In this document: piece by piece, positions 1 to 11,654 of the stretch
Layout of the letters: each line of letters starts with the position of its first letter
How positions within the stretch are numbered: the first letter of the stretch is position 1
Assembly: GCA_040437565.1 (NCBI GenBank)
Contig: JBDOQK010000004.1
Span: forward strand, 124,001 to 188,000
Length of the DNA: 64,000 nucleotides
Direction of reading: 5' to 3'
From: Albugo candida
Lineage: Eukaryota
The notes under the pieces: model-generated
Database searches by the model: none
The model's input: only the letters and a program-made list of their open reading frames with translations
Told to the model about the DNA's origin: nothing
Made by a program: the position numbers and the translations under genes

Positions 1-1688
1 GACAGCATTGGAAAAAGCTGTGCAAACGACAGATTTAGTGATATTGGCTGAAAGTACGAGTACCTCACAAATGCAACAGATGCAAGGAATGACTTATAAT
101 CCACTAGTAAAGCACTCGTTGGATCGACGTGGAATTATTCTGGTGAACGAAAATGGACTTCCGGAAACTCTCGAGAATACAAAGCTCAGAGAAATATGCC
201 AAGGTATGGCAGCATACACGTTTAGTACGCCAAGTGACACACCTTCCTCATTCGGTCATTTATAGCGGCAGCACCGTCCAAACTTATCGTCGTTTTGTCG
301 GAAGACTCTTCATGTGGTATGTTGGCATCGTATTTTCTCGAAATCATATTGAGACTCAGACGCCATACAGCAAAATCTCTTTTCGCTTGTGGAATTCCTC
401 GTGTCATTTACGCGACTTCAAAGAACAAATACAGGCGACAAGTCGGTACTTTTATCCGGTACGAAAATGGCAAGTACTTTGGGCAACCCTTTCTGACCAT
501 ACGCTTATCAGAATACTTATCGGTGGAATACTTCATGAATTCTCAATGAAGATGTGTTTTGAAAACGCTAAAAGTATGGCCTTCGAAGATTCAAAAACCA
601 AAGACCAAAGTTTCGATCAAGTTGAGCTCTTCTCGACATTCAACGACCATACTGCCGTCCAAACCGAAGCAAAACAATTCAACACAAAGTGGGAAACCAT
701 CGTAAAACAGAACTTTGTCAGCCTGAGCTCCTTCGTACTTCCCGATCCACCCGAACGTCTCGTTGATCGTAATCAGGAGATCGCCGAGGTATTTTTTCCC
801 ACCTTCTGCCTCCAACTTTGTTGTATTCACCGTCTTACTACAGATTGTCAACTTTATAAGAACAAGTCCAGCTCGAGTGTGCAACTTGCATGGCCAGGAA
901 GGTATCGGGAAGTCGACTATAGCTATTCACGTGGCGAAATACATCAGTCGGATGGTACGTTGCTCTCAAAGCATTCAGTATATATCACTTGGAGATTACG
1001 AGCGGAATATTCTCACCGAACAAGACGTCACCAATGTGGAGGCCACGTACGATTTCAATGTCGCGCTATTGAATCAGCTTCACAGCGACATTGAGGAGCT
1101 CAATACAGCCGTCAAGATGTGCGTTGTTGACTCCTATTTCCGCACAACTAAAGTCGAATGTACTGGCCGTTAGGGACGACTCGAGCTCGAGACTATTAAT
1201 TCTCGATGGCTGTGATTTCTATGTGGAAGCTCCAATTTGTGATTTTGTATCAGAGATCCTGCGTCAGTTTCCGAGCATGAAAGTGAGTATTCGACACAAC
1301 CAGTAACTTTATTCACTCTTTTGTATGCTTTAGATCATAACAACGTCAAGAAACAAGCTGCCGATCACCTCACAGACTTTAGCGAATGTCACCATAGGTT
1401 TGGAAATTCATTCTCTTACTGAAGAAAGCGCTGCAAAACTACTGATTGCATACTGCGAGGAGCCAATCGTCCGAAACAAATTGAAGAAATGTAAGTGGAA
1501 TTTCACATTGCGTGCTTTCGACATCTCCGTATTCATTGTTGATTGCAGCATCCGCGGACTGGCAATCTGACGACATGATCACTGTTATTCAGCAGCATCC
1601 AGCGGTAAAGCGTCTTCGTGGGAACCCATCACTACTGCGTCAATTAGCGCGCGAAATGCCGACAAAAGCAATGGATGAGCTCATTTGA
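1..1688 (+). CDS. 3' part of a multi-exon gene: degenerate CHAT/caspase-like domain followed by a STAND (NB-ARC-like) P-loop ATPase; 5' end lies outside the window
   Basis: Spliced reading gives GIILVNENGLPETL...KLIVVLSEDSSCAKSLFACGIPRVI (CHAT-like pattern), then LPDPPERLVDRNQEI, Walker A HGQEGIGKST, Walker B RLLILDGCD, IITTSR, LEIHSLTEESAAKLL and the GxP motif LRGNPSLL. Stop is near 1688. Several GT..AG introns. Confidence 0.65.
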
Positions 1689-1857
1689 AGGGAATGCACA
1701 CAACAAGTACGATAAGACGGTCATTGTAATTGTAACACAGAAAATCGATCGAATTTGTCAGAAGAATCGACGGCACAATCAATTGAAAACGCAAATCTAT
1801 TGCGGCTGCACAGCTTAAAATCAGTAAGGCGATTTGAAGAAATAAGCATCCGCTACT

Positions 1858-2382
1858 CTAATTCCGGTTGGTACGCATCCGAAGAGCTTTTCGGCGCTTC
1901 CTGTGCTTGTGCTTGTTCATTTTCTTCTTTCGCTTCTTAAGCACGCTATCCGCATAAATCATGTCCACTTGCTGCAGCATCTCAGTTAAGTCACAGGTTA
2001 ATTCGCCATTCGAAAGAATTGGTTGTGGCAGCGCAGAGATTGGAGCGAGCATTTCCCATGTATCGAATCCGTCCATCAGCATTTCGTCAACAATACCAAA
2101 TTCCGGCATTTCTGCGTCCAACACGCTCGGAACTGTGGTCGCAGGAACTTGCTCAAGTTCATGCTGGCCAATACACCACAACTCGGATGGATCAAAACGC
2201 GCAGGGTTTTCCAACGTGTCAATTGCTACGTCTTTCAAGGGGAACGATGGCTCCGAAAGAATGGCATTGAATCGATGATTGTATGTGGAAAAAGAGAAAG
2301 TTGCGTGATTGCATGCTTCAGATTGAGTAAATGAAGTACGCGATATGATATTCCGAGAGACTCGTCGAAGAGATGAAAACAT
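1858..2382 (-). CDS. Mitochondrial small ribosomal subunit protein mS38 / COX24 C-terminal domain protein
   Basis: N-terminal Arg/Ser-rich presequence-like MFSSLRRVSR; C-terminal signature DSVLKKRKKKMNKHKHRKRRK. Confidence 0.8.
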   Translation of the reverse strand: MFSSLRRVSRNIISRTSFTQSEACNHATFSFSTYNHRFNAILSEPSFPLKDVAIDTLENPARFDPSELWCIGQHELEQVPATTVPSVLDAEMPEFGIVDEMLMDGFDTWEMLAPISALPQPILSNGELTCDLTEMLQQVDMIYADSVLKKRKKKMNKHKHRKRRKALRMRTNRN

Positions 2383-2494
2383 TGTTTCTGTTCTTTTGTA
2401 TTCTCAAAAAATTGTATTCTGTGCTGACTCGATGGCTGTCTCACTTCTTCCTTCCAGGTCAAAATTCCGTGGAATGTTTGATTTTGTTTATCAG

Positions 2495-3326
2495 ATGAGT
2501 AAGAGCGTAAACGAAAAGGATTGGTCTAAATATTATGTTCTTTACCGCGGAAGATCATAGGCTTTTTCTATCTCATTGTTTCCAGCATTTTGATGCCAAT
2601 TCAAAAGGTTATAGAAATCAGATAGTTGTCGCATTTAAATTGACAAAATCTCTCTCAGGACACCTTGATGAATCAGAGCTCAAGTGTGCCGTCGTGGCAG
2701 CATTAGGCATCCAGCCTTCACGAGTGCGTTGTTCTATCTTTTTTTTTCCACGCGCGTCCAAGCCCACTGTGATACTATACCGCATAGCTCATCTTATTGG
2801 AAATGTTTTCTCATAAATTTGACTGTTTGTAAATGGCACAATGGCGAGCGAAAACGTCAAAGCTCATTGTTTGTCGTAGCGGAATCTATTCAAATAAGTC
2901 GCGCAGAATTTATTTCGACTCTGCAAGATCGTGTCGACAATGTCAAGGGAGTGGAGTACAGACGTCGGCTATTCAAAGCAATGGACCTCCGGTGTGAAGG
3001 ATTCATCTCACGGGAGAGTTTTATCAGCGTGAGTCAGGCAGCTTCAGATTTAGAATACAGTCTTATTTCGATGTGAGATCAGATTTGTGAGCGATTCACA
3101 CCGCAGCTTGCACACTCAGCTGTGATAGCTGCCTTTGATGAAGCCGATATTGATCGCGATCGAAGGGTACGGCTTACACTATTCCTCGGAGCCTTTCATT
3201 TCTAGTGGGATGTGGCAGGTCACGTATTCCGATTTTGAGCGTATTATGTGTATTGCTTGCGACTTCGAGGGGATCGAACATTCGCAATTTCAGGCTCCAA
3301 GTGCAAGGCTCAAGAAGAGGTATTAG
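2495..3326 (+). CDS. EF-hand calcium-binding protein, EFCAB11-like (multi-exon)
   Basis: Spliced peptides HFDANSKG-HLDESELKCAVVAALGIQPS, RRLFKAMDLRCEGFISRESF and AAFDEADIDRDRR-VTYSDFERIM match the EFCAB11 layout as recalled. Confidence 0.7.
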
Positions 3327-3389
3327 CAGAGTACTGGAAGATTGAGGAAAAGTGTGTGAGGCAATGACCCACCCAGTTGTATTGTCTTA

Positions 3390-4346
3390 TCATACAAGTT
3401 TCTTTTTGTAGAAAAAATTCTTCAGATACCGCGCTTGAAAAATGCTCACCATAGCCAAGAAGGTGATCTAGCAAGTAAATTAGCTGAATTTGCACGGACT
3501 CTAGGAAATGAAAATCAACCTGGACGATTGATATGTACATGATGTTGGTACTGGTGGATCCCACCGCTTGATCGAATTGGAGCAACTTGTCCTGTAGCAA
3601 CATACCGTCAGGATTACTTGACAGATTCTTGATTACAACGAACCTGATCGTAGTCGACGTTTCTGAGTATGCCCATCACCCGATCTTTTAGTTTGAGTAT
3701 CTCCAATTGAAGATCATCCATGTGGCTTTTCTTGGCCAGATTTTGGTATTCCTGCTGGCTGTTACCCATTTCCAAGCGTAATGTTATCCGCTGCAGTTAT
3801 CGGTTTATGAAAATGTCGCTTGATAGTAGCAGCATGAAATGTACCATTTTAGCTCCGACTGGTTCGGCGCCTTTCGTGGAAATGACACTGATGCAAATCC
3901 AATGAGATCCCGCAGTCGTTGCCGTATATGGCACTGAACCCTACAAATGACCGAATGACTACTACATCATACATGAATACTATATAAATTACTTGGCGAT
4001 TCATAATCTCTTCTTTCATGCGTTTGCTATCTTGCTCTGAAGTTTGCGAATATATCGTCAGAACTGATTGCTATTCATTGAAAATTAGTACTTTTTCTTC
4101 GCCAAACATTAGATATCGCATTACCAAAATATCGCTCGTATCGGGTGATTCATACTCCGCTCGGAAGTAAGTTTGTTCCGGTACAGAAAGCAGGAAGCAT
4201 TTGTGATCCTGCACAACAGATGAAGAGGAGAATTGGAGAGGATAACCCTGTGCACATACGTTGTCGTGGGCGTAGAAGTATAGACCGACTGCACGTCTAA
4301 ATATCGCAAGAGAGCACAGAACGCTTATTCCTGGACGGCATTTCAT
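3390..4346 (-). CDS. p24/emp24 GOLD-domain cargo receptor (multi-exon)
   Basis: Signal-peptide-like start then GLYF...KCFL; GSHWICIS GOLD segment; C-terminal TM and tail LLAMVSIFQARYLKNFFYKKKLV*. Confidence 0.85.
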
Positions 4347-4638
4347 GGGATTACTTTGTGATTATTCTCAATAATACCCGCTCTAAAATGTAAAATTACT
4401 TTTCTACATAATGTTTCCTTTGCATTCAGAGCCAGAGCTCCAGACTTTTGCCAATAATGAACCATGTNNNNNNNNNNNNNNNNNNNNNNNNNNNNNNNNN
4501 NNNNNNNNNNNNNNNNNNNNNNNNNNNNNNNNNNNNNNNNNNNNNNNNNNNNNNNNNNNNNNNNNNNGAGCTCCAGACTTTTGCCAATAATGAACCATGT
4601 GATTCGCATTGTCAGCTGCAGGAGCGCATATTCTACAT

Positions 4639-6958
4639 TCAATTCGTAATAAATGAAAAGGCAGAGGATGCCTGCTCTGTGGTATCGTCATTCCGTGAGC
4701 ACATAAAGTTGAACGCGGTCGGTGAGGTGCTCTGCATCATTGATTGATCATCAGTAGCATCAGTTGACTCGCATGCTAAGAATGAAAATGCTGACGCATT
4801 GTCTCGACAAGGCGACGGAGCTTGTCCCAGGATTGAGTGGAGGCTGTCTCGCTGAGTTTCTGGCATCAAAGCATGGCCGACATCTTCAAGATTATAAATG
4901 TCACTTGCGTTTTGGATGCTCGGAGCACAAGTCCGCTCTTGGTCGATCTCTGCAATCTTGTTCTGGATACGCTGTATCAGATCGTCAGCTTTCTTAACCA
5001 AATTTGAACGCACTGCTCGGATCGTATCGAGTTTTGCTGAAGCATCTGGTCCAAATATGACTGAGTCAACTTTCTCTGTCAGGATTTTCTCAACAATTCC
5101 ATGAATTTGGGCCAGGCGATTTCGCACATCCCTACTAAGAAGCTCAGAACTCATCAGTTCATCGACTGTGCCCTCTACTGCTTCCAGCTCATCTTGGTAT
5201 GAATAAAGACGTGTGAGATGGCTATCTCCGTCCCTTGACTCGTCGTTCTCCGTGGAATCAGCATCAGCTAGACTGAATGGAGGTGGAACATATGGAACGG
5301 CCATTGTAGCTGGATTGGCAGTTCGTCCATGAACGATGTATTTTCTAAATCGGAAGACTTTCGGAGTTGTTGCCAATTGTGCGAGTATTTGTCCAATCTC
5401 GTCCAGTGATTTTTCTTCTACATCAATGGAGTTGATAAACACGAGCTTACAGCCCGGACACAAAGCTGGATGTAATTCGAGCATTCCCTTAGCTCCAGAT
5501 GGTAGAGAAATGAATCGAGCAATAACAGCCATTTCAGGAATCGCGTCATCCAATACAAGTCCAATGGGACCCGGAGGCACTTCTGCCTCCAATATCACTT
5601 CGCGAGATACATCATCCAGCTCGGTACCTGCAAATGAAGGCGTTTGATCACTATGAACCGTCTTGTCATCTTCATCTTTCTCCTCCGTATCTATAATTTG
5701 CTCACTGTTTACAATATCATCAAATGCAGCAAAAGGATCGTTCGACTCCTCCTATCAATAGCGCATGAGATCACTACTCCATCGATATAAAGTGCAAACC
5801 TTTGGACTATTGTTATTGTTTTTTGTAATATTTGGCAATGCAAGTGTATCAAATACATCCGGTGATTTTTTCGTCGTTTCTGTAAGGAATGAAAACGCAC
5901 AGGGGGACGTGGGCTCCCTTTCGGCCTCTGAGCCGCGATTCTCGGTTGCACTCGGTCCGTTTTGGCTGTTAGTGTCGATACATGTTTGTTTGCTTCCTTC
6001 ATCCGTCATAACAAGAAAGCTTGGACCTCCGACCACAGATGTAGCAGGTGACCAGCCCAGTTGACTAGCACAAACATTCCTTTGTACCTCCTCTGTTGGC
6101 TCTTGAAGCTTACTATCACAATCGTCTTCTTGTAGCTCTCTCTCCAACTGTGTTTGTTCGATGCTCTCGTCGTCTCCCTCCGTTTCAAGCCTTTCAAGAG
6201 CCAGGCGTAGCGCATTATGAACCTATTCAAAGCTGTTTAACACCAAATAAACTTTACGTCGACATTTCGTTACCTTTTCTGCTCGCACTCGCAGCATGTC
6301 TTTGCGCGATTGTTTCAAAACGAGGACCAAGTGAATTTTCCGGGCGTAATATCTCTCGTAAAACGCTCGCTCCTTACTTTTGATAAGTGTGTCGATCACA
6401 GATAGAGTCTTCGCTTGAACTTGCCATATCACATCTTGGAGTTTTTCATCCAGTTGCTCGCATAAATACTACGCAAACAGAAAGCCTTTAGACTTCATGT
6501 AAGAAAAATCCATGGAATCGGACCTCATGATCAATTGTGTTCAAATTGCGTAACAGCTTTTGCACGACTTCTCGCGGCGGGAATGAAGATGACCCGATGG
6601 AAGAGCACAGTTCCGACACCAGAGGGGCCTCTATTCCAACATTTTGAGCTCTATGTGACTCATTCGAAGCTTTTTGAAAGCCTATTTTCCACCGCGCCGC
6701 TTGTGACTCATAAGCCGAAGGAATCCGGCTAGTCTGGAACGGACTGCGTAGTGGGGCTATAGCTCTATCTTTCGTTATATCGGAAGATTCTTGCCGATTT
6801 CTTGCTTCAAATCGCTTTCGAGGAGTGCTGTGAAGATTCATTGTGCTATTCTGTGTATTATTGGGGTGATTTCCGACTCGACTTGGCGCATTTGGAGGCA
6901 GTTGGTACCGCTGTTCTCCAGCATTATGTGCAAAACCATTTATCGAATTCGACTGCAT
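4639..6958 (-). CDS. Multi-exon protein with VHS/ENTH-like helical segment, PDZ-like domain, BAG-like helical bundle and repeated (S/C/T)AF(S/N)F motifs; tepsin-like
   Basis: LCEQLDEKLQDVIWQVQAKTLSVIDTLIK (VHS-like); VPPGPIGLVLD...KLVFINSIDVEEKSLDEIGQIL (PDZ-like); KVDSV...IRAVRSNLVKKAD (BAG-like). Joining the ORFs 6488-6958, 6223-6432, 5755-6147 and 4639-5598 into one gene is inferred. Confidence 0.55.
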
Positions 6959-7131
6959 CGAGATTTACCTATTTTACCTGATTAGAGCGCGGTCATTCAG
7001 AATGGAGGTCGAAAATGCTTTAAATCGCTGTTGTCGCCATTTCAGCCGCTTGTACTGTTATGATAGCGTTGAAAGTCATACGTAATGCAGAAATAAGTCA
7101 AAATTGGAGAAGAAACTATGTTTAAACGGAT

Positions 7132-8526
7132 TTAGCGGAATTGAGATTTAAGCACCAACATTCTTCCATCAACAGCATCTGTCTCCACATCGCAAATGGT
7201 GCGTAAGATATCTTTGAGCATTGCACGATCATCGTCGGTGACGATGGATTTACGGAGCTTTCGCAACAGATCTTTTGTACGCATTCTTCCACCATAACGC
7301 ATAAGTTCTTGTTGCACCCCAGCTTCCGTCAATTTATTGGCGAGCGATACGGATGAAGTTGTACATTTTGATTGTTGTTTCGAAGTGGAATCGTCTTTCA
7401 CTTTGTTGGCTTCTTCGAGCTTGCGCTTTTTCCCATTGGAAGATTGACTTCCATTTGCACCTTTGGCGTCAGGCTCCGGCTTTGCCACATTGATCGCTCC
7501 ATTTGCGGTGTTACTGGGATTATTTGACATACTTGGAGCTGCTGCAGCATTGTCCTGATCCCATATAATATTACCACCCAAATCGCGTCGTATTTTCTCC
7601 ATATCCTTGGCAGTATACTCATCATCAGACGATGTGGCATCTTCTTCTTTTTTCTCTTTTCCAGCATCGATCTCCCCATTCTGAGCACGTTTGAGTAAAT
7701 CTTTCATGGCTTGACCAGTCTCGGTCAATTTTCCTTGAGCATCGGCATCACCTTCCACTTCTTCCTCTTCTGAATCGGATGGTACACCGGCTACATTATC
7801 ATGGTTGACCTCCGCGTCGCTCTCATCATCGTCGAATTTTTCTTCGAAATCCCCTCCATTCTCCCCAGTTGCGTCTCCTTCGTTGACAGACTTTTTCGGG
7901 CGAAATGCTCGGCGTTGTTTAGTCGCTTTGACTTCAAAAATATCTCCAGTCTCTTTGTTTGTTTTTCCTCTCGGTGCACCGGTACTAATTGCACCAGTAC
8001 GAAGCTTCGGTGCACTTGCGAGATCTGTGTCGGGTTTATCCTCTCCTGCGAGTTTGTGTCGCATAAGCCAGCGTTCGACAGCTCGTTTCTTTTCATTATT
8101 CATTTCTTCAGCTTCTTCGAGTGTTAATGTGCGATATCCGAGCGGTTTTTTGAACCGAAACCATTGTTCCACGGGAATGACATTGAACTCATCATTGTGC
8201 CGATTTTTGATCAAGAGCATGTACGTGGAAGCCTGTCCACCTTCATGTGCGCCATTGTAAGCGTTTTTACCTTGGCTGTCTTCAATAACCCATCCAGCAG
8301 TCCGAGAGTCTTTACGACGACGACGACGGCGTTTTCGTAGGGCTGGATTGTACCCAATTTCTTCTTTCTTTTCATTCTCATCTTCTTCAAACACCTTTTC
8401 GGGCTCTCTGTACATCATTACTGGTTGACTGCATGCTTTGAAGTTGGGAAGTGTAGGGGTGTCAAATCGCGCAATATTATAGCGTTTGATAGAAGGAGTA
8501 GCACGTAACACAAAGCTCTCATCCAT
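7132..8526 (-). CDS. GTF2F1: Transcription initiation factor IIF alpha subunit (RAP74/Tfg1)
   Basis: YNGAHEGGQASTYMLL...FNVIPVEQWFRFKK...YRTLTLEEAEE motif, acidic linker with DFEEKFDDDE, C-terminal winged helix (LTEAGVQQELMRYGGRMRTKDLL). Likely ATG at 8526. Confidence 0.9.
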   Translation of the reverse strand: MDESFVLRATPSIKRYNIARFDTPTLPNFKACSQPVMMYREPEKVFEEDENEKKEEIGYNPALRKRRRRRRKDSRTAGWVIEDSQGKNAYNGAHEGGQASTYMLLIKNRHNDEFNVIPVEQWFRFKKPLGYRTLTLEEAEEMNNEKKRAVERWLMRHKLAGEDKPDTDLASAPKLRTGAISTGAPRGKTNKETGDIFEVKATKQRRAFRPKKSVNEGDATGENGGDFEEKFDDDESDAEVNHDNVAGVPSDSEEEEVEGDADAQGKLTETGQAMKDLLKRAQNGEIDAGKEKKEEDATSSDDEYTAKDMEKIRRDLGGNIIWDQDNAAAAPSMSNNPSNTANGAINVAKPEPDAKGANGSQSSNGKKRKLEEANKVKDDSTSKQQSKCTTSSVSLANKLTEAGVQQELMRYGGRMRTKDLLRKLRKSIVTDDDRAMLKDILRTICDVETDAVDGRMLVLKSQFR

Positions 8527-8853
8527 GGCAATAAGTGTCAGAAATCTGCCGGGGGACTTGTGTCGCCTGATATTGCCTAAATCTGTGTGACNNNNNNNNN
8601 NNNNNNNNNNNNNNNNNNNNNNNNNNNNNNNNNNNNNNNNNNNNNNNNNNNNNNNNNNNNNNNNNNNNNNNNNNNNNNNNNNNNNNNNNNNCCTGATATT
8701 GCCTAAATCTGTGTGACAACACAATTTACGTACAATACATTACATGGTGGAATCAATAGGTAAGAAGATAGTCAAATTCTATTGCGTATTGATCTTCTAT
8801 CATTAAAGCATGCGCTCAGATAGCAGAGGCCTGAAACTATACAGAATCTAAGC

Positions 8854-10932
8854 TTACGATATGACACATCGGTTCCATAGGGAAACGTTATCGTTCCCTT
8901 CGTCCACTTTTTCTTTCGGCTGACTTTCGGTTGCTTTTTCGACCTCTTTTGTATCCTCAGATCTCATTATAAGCGTACACTCTTCCCGAGTGACCAGTGG
9001 CTTCTCCTTTTCTTTAATGAATTCATAATATGAGGTGATGGTGACTCCGTTCATGTCCTCTTCGTTGGAATTCGACCCGTTTTCCAAATCACATTCCGCA
9101 CTTAGCACAATGTCTTCTTCAATAGGAATCGTGTCGACGCTGCTAATAAATTCGATATTCGCTGGGATTGTTCCCTTTGATAGCACCACAAAGGCTTTTT
9201 GATCGCTTTCACGAATGACGCGTTTGATGCGAACTTTGGAAGGCTGGAAGAGCTTCTCCATATCGAGTTGGTGGATTTTACGCTTCGTACTGTGGACATG
9301 GTACACACGACTGCGGTCAATCACTTGTTTCGCATTCTTTAAATCGAGATGCGATTCATCCGAAGCCATCAAATTCAAGTAATTTTTCCAATCTTTCATT
9401 TGGTCCAATCGAGCATCAAATGCGGCAATCACATTGCTGTAATTCACAATTGATTTTTTCGCACGCTTTTTCCGACCGACTTTGGACCGCTTCGTCCTCG
9501 ATGGACCTGCAGCATCAGGTGGGATCTCGATTTCATTCGCTTCTCCAGTTTTCAAATCATGGTGCAAAAGTCCAAGAAAACAGAATGCGGTCATGAAAGC
9601 ATCAAACCCAGCTTCATGACATAGAGATGATGGCTTACGTGACTCAATAGTGTCTTCCTCGTCATTCGAATGTGACTGAAGCGCTGCATGGTATCGTTGA
9701 AAGTTTTCGTGAGAAGAAATCAGCTTTGATGGTGAAAGACTAATTCGACTCTTCATAAAGTCAAAAAGTGACGAAAGGCTCGATGACTCTAGCTCATCGC
9801 TCAAAGCGGAATGAGTAGCCATATACTTGGTATCGTAGATATTGGGAAAAGAATGCGTCAATTCTTTCTTGAACTCTTTCAGATTATTCGGAAGAGGTTG
9901 ACAAAATTGATGGTACATGTAAATAAAGTCCAGTAGCGCATTGTGCCCAACAATGGGCTTCCGACTATCTTTCAGAACCTGTATAACTCTCGAAAACCCT
10001 ATTGTCTCATTGGTTTCGGACCGCATCTGCTCAATTAGTACACCATCACGACACATAAGTCAGCATAATAGATCAGATAGATGGAAGATGATCAATCACT
10101 CGCATACCTGTTCTATCCTTTCCTCCATGAGCTCTTTCTTCTCTTCGGGTGTGACCAATTGAATCTGAATACCTTCCTCGACGGATTTAGCGTGCAAGTT
10201 ATTATCTATCGAACGAATGGTCTCGTAGATGATCATGCGTTGATACGATGAATTTGCTTCCAATAGCAGCTCATTACGATCTTGCAATTCATCAGTATCT
10301 CCTTCAACTAATTTCTCCTCTCTCAAAAAATTTTCAACCAAATTTCGCACAATTTGCTGGAACTTTAGCCCTTGCGCGTCCAATTGCAAAACATTTGGTT
10401 TACTTCCCATCTCTTGCTGCTGTCGGTACTGCTCGATTTGCTTCTCCACTTTTTTCTTCATGCTAGAAACTTTCGACAGCTTGCAAAATGAGATTCCATC
10501 GTAAATAAATTTGTTGAAATCAAAGTCATGTTCTGCCAAAAATTGAAGACAGGAAGCTTGACACAAAAAGCGAGGATCAACGTGTCCATACGGTCGGGGA
10601 AATAGGTAAAAGTTCCATACTTTGATCTCATAGTCATACTTGCACTCTGCATCTCCATTCGATGTGACTTCATTTCCATTTATAACGTTCACAGCAGAGG
10701 GAGTGACGTGAGCAGTAGCGAGACCGAATTGCGAAACAAGAAAATTCTCTCCCGTCTGTTTCAGCTTTTGGTACCGCTCTTCCAATGTATCGAGGTACCA
10801 TTCTTTCGATTCTTCCTTGTAGCAAAGCCCGGTAAACTCTGTATCAATAGCGATAAACTTGCACGAATCGCTCAGTATGCTTTTTTTCACCTGCTGAAAG
10901 CAAGCCTCAAAGTTGTGACGTGTGACATTCAT
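8854..10932 (-). CDS. PARN: Poly(A)-specific ribonuclease PARN-like (CAF1-family DEDD exonuclease); intron 10027-10107
   Basis: MNVTRHNF start, FIAIDTEFTGL, FLAEHDFDFNK, R3H-like NSSYQRMIIYE, IVGHNALLDF, IYDTKYM, HEAGFDAFMT. One 81-nt GT..AG intron with a CTAAT branch point. Confidence 0.9.
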
Positions 10933-11148
10933 AGCAAACGAGCGATGTGGTACTATATTGTTCTTTTTTTCGGTGAATTCTCGTTCTGGTTGATGTACAA
11001 AGTTGACTTTAGGGAGTCGAAAGGCGGCTTTAGGCACAGAATTGCGTTGTTGGCATAAAACCACAAACAACATGGATCCTAGTTTTGTCTCTATTTGACC
11101 TGATATGTATTTAAATATAGGAGACATTTACCTGAAACTAGGAAGGCC

Positions 11149-11635
11149 ATGTCGCCTGCAATTCGGTCCATTTCCGAGTATTCTGACGAAGAGCTGTATG
11201 AACTGTTGTATTATCTAAAGCAATGTAATGAAAGCGCGCCCGAGGAAATGCGACTCCTTCTTCAAGAACAGCCTGAATTCACACGTGCGATTGCTCAGGC
11301 TCAGCTTCGTTTAGGACAAGTCAAACCGCCACCCGTTCCATTAGGCGCGCAAAGCGATGTCTCGGCATCGCAAAAAGAAGCTCACACGTCGAAAAAGAAC
11401 TCACAAAAAAACGCATGTGCCTCAAAGGTACGTTATCGCACTGAAATCTCTTTAATGTGACGCAGAAAGTGTTTAGGACGATACAAAGAGTTTTCTCCAA
11501 GAGCTCGATCCCGAGCAGCAGCAGCTGCTTGAGGAGATTCAGAATCTAGCACCCGAAGTGATCCAGTCACTTCCAGCGCAAGAGCGTCATCAGATTATGG
11601 AATTGCGTGAGGCAATGGGACTACCGCCCGTGTAA
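11149..11635 (+). CDS. CstF-64/Rna15-like protein with hinge and C-terminal domains only (no RRM); two exons
   Basis: Hinge: YSDEELYELLYYLKQCNESAPEEMRLLLQEQPEFTRAIAQAQLRLG. CSTF_C-like end: EQQQLLEEIQNLAPEVIQSLPAQERHQIMELRE. Confidence 0.75.
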
Positions 11636-11654
11636 ACATCGACTTTGACAAATG

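Noticed and set aside
4434..4600. Short direct repeat around the gap (the same occurs at 8566-8718)
   Set aside because: ~25-35-bp contig-end overlaps either side of N runs.
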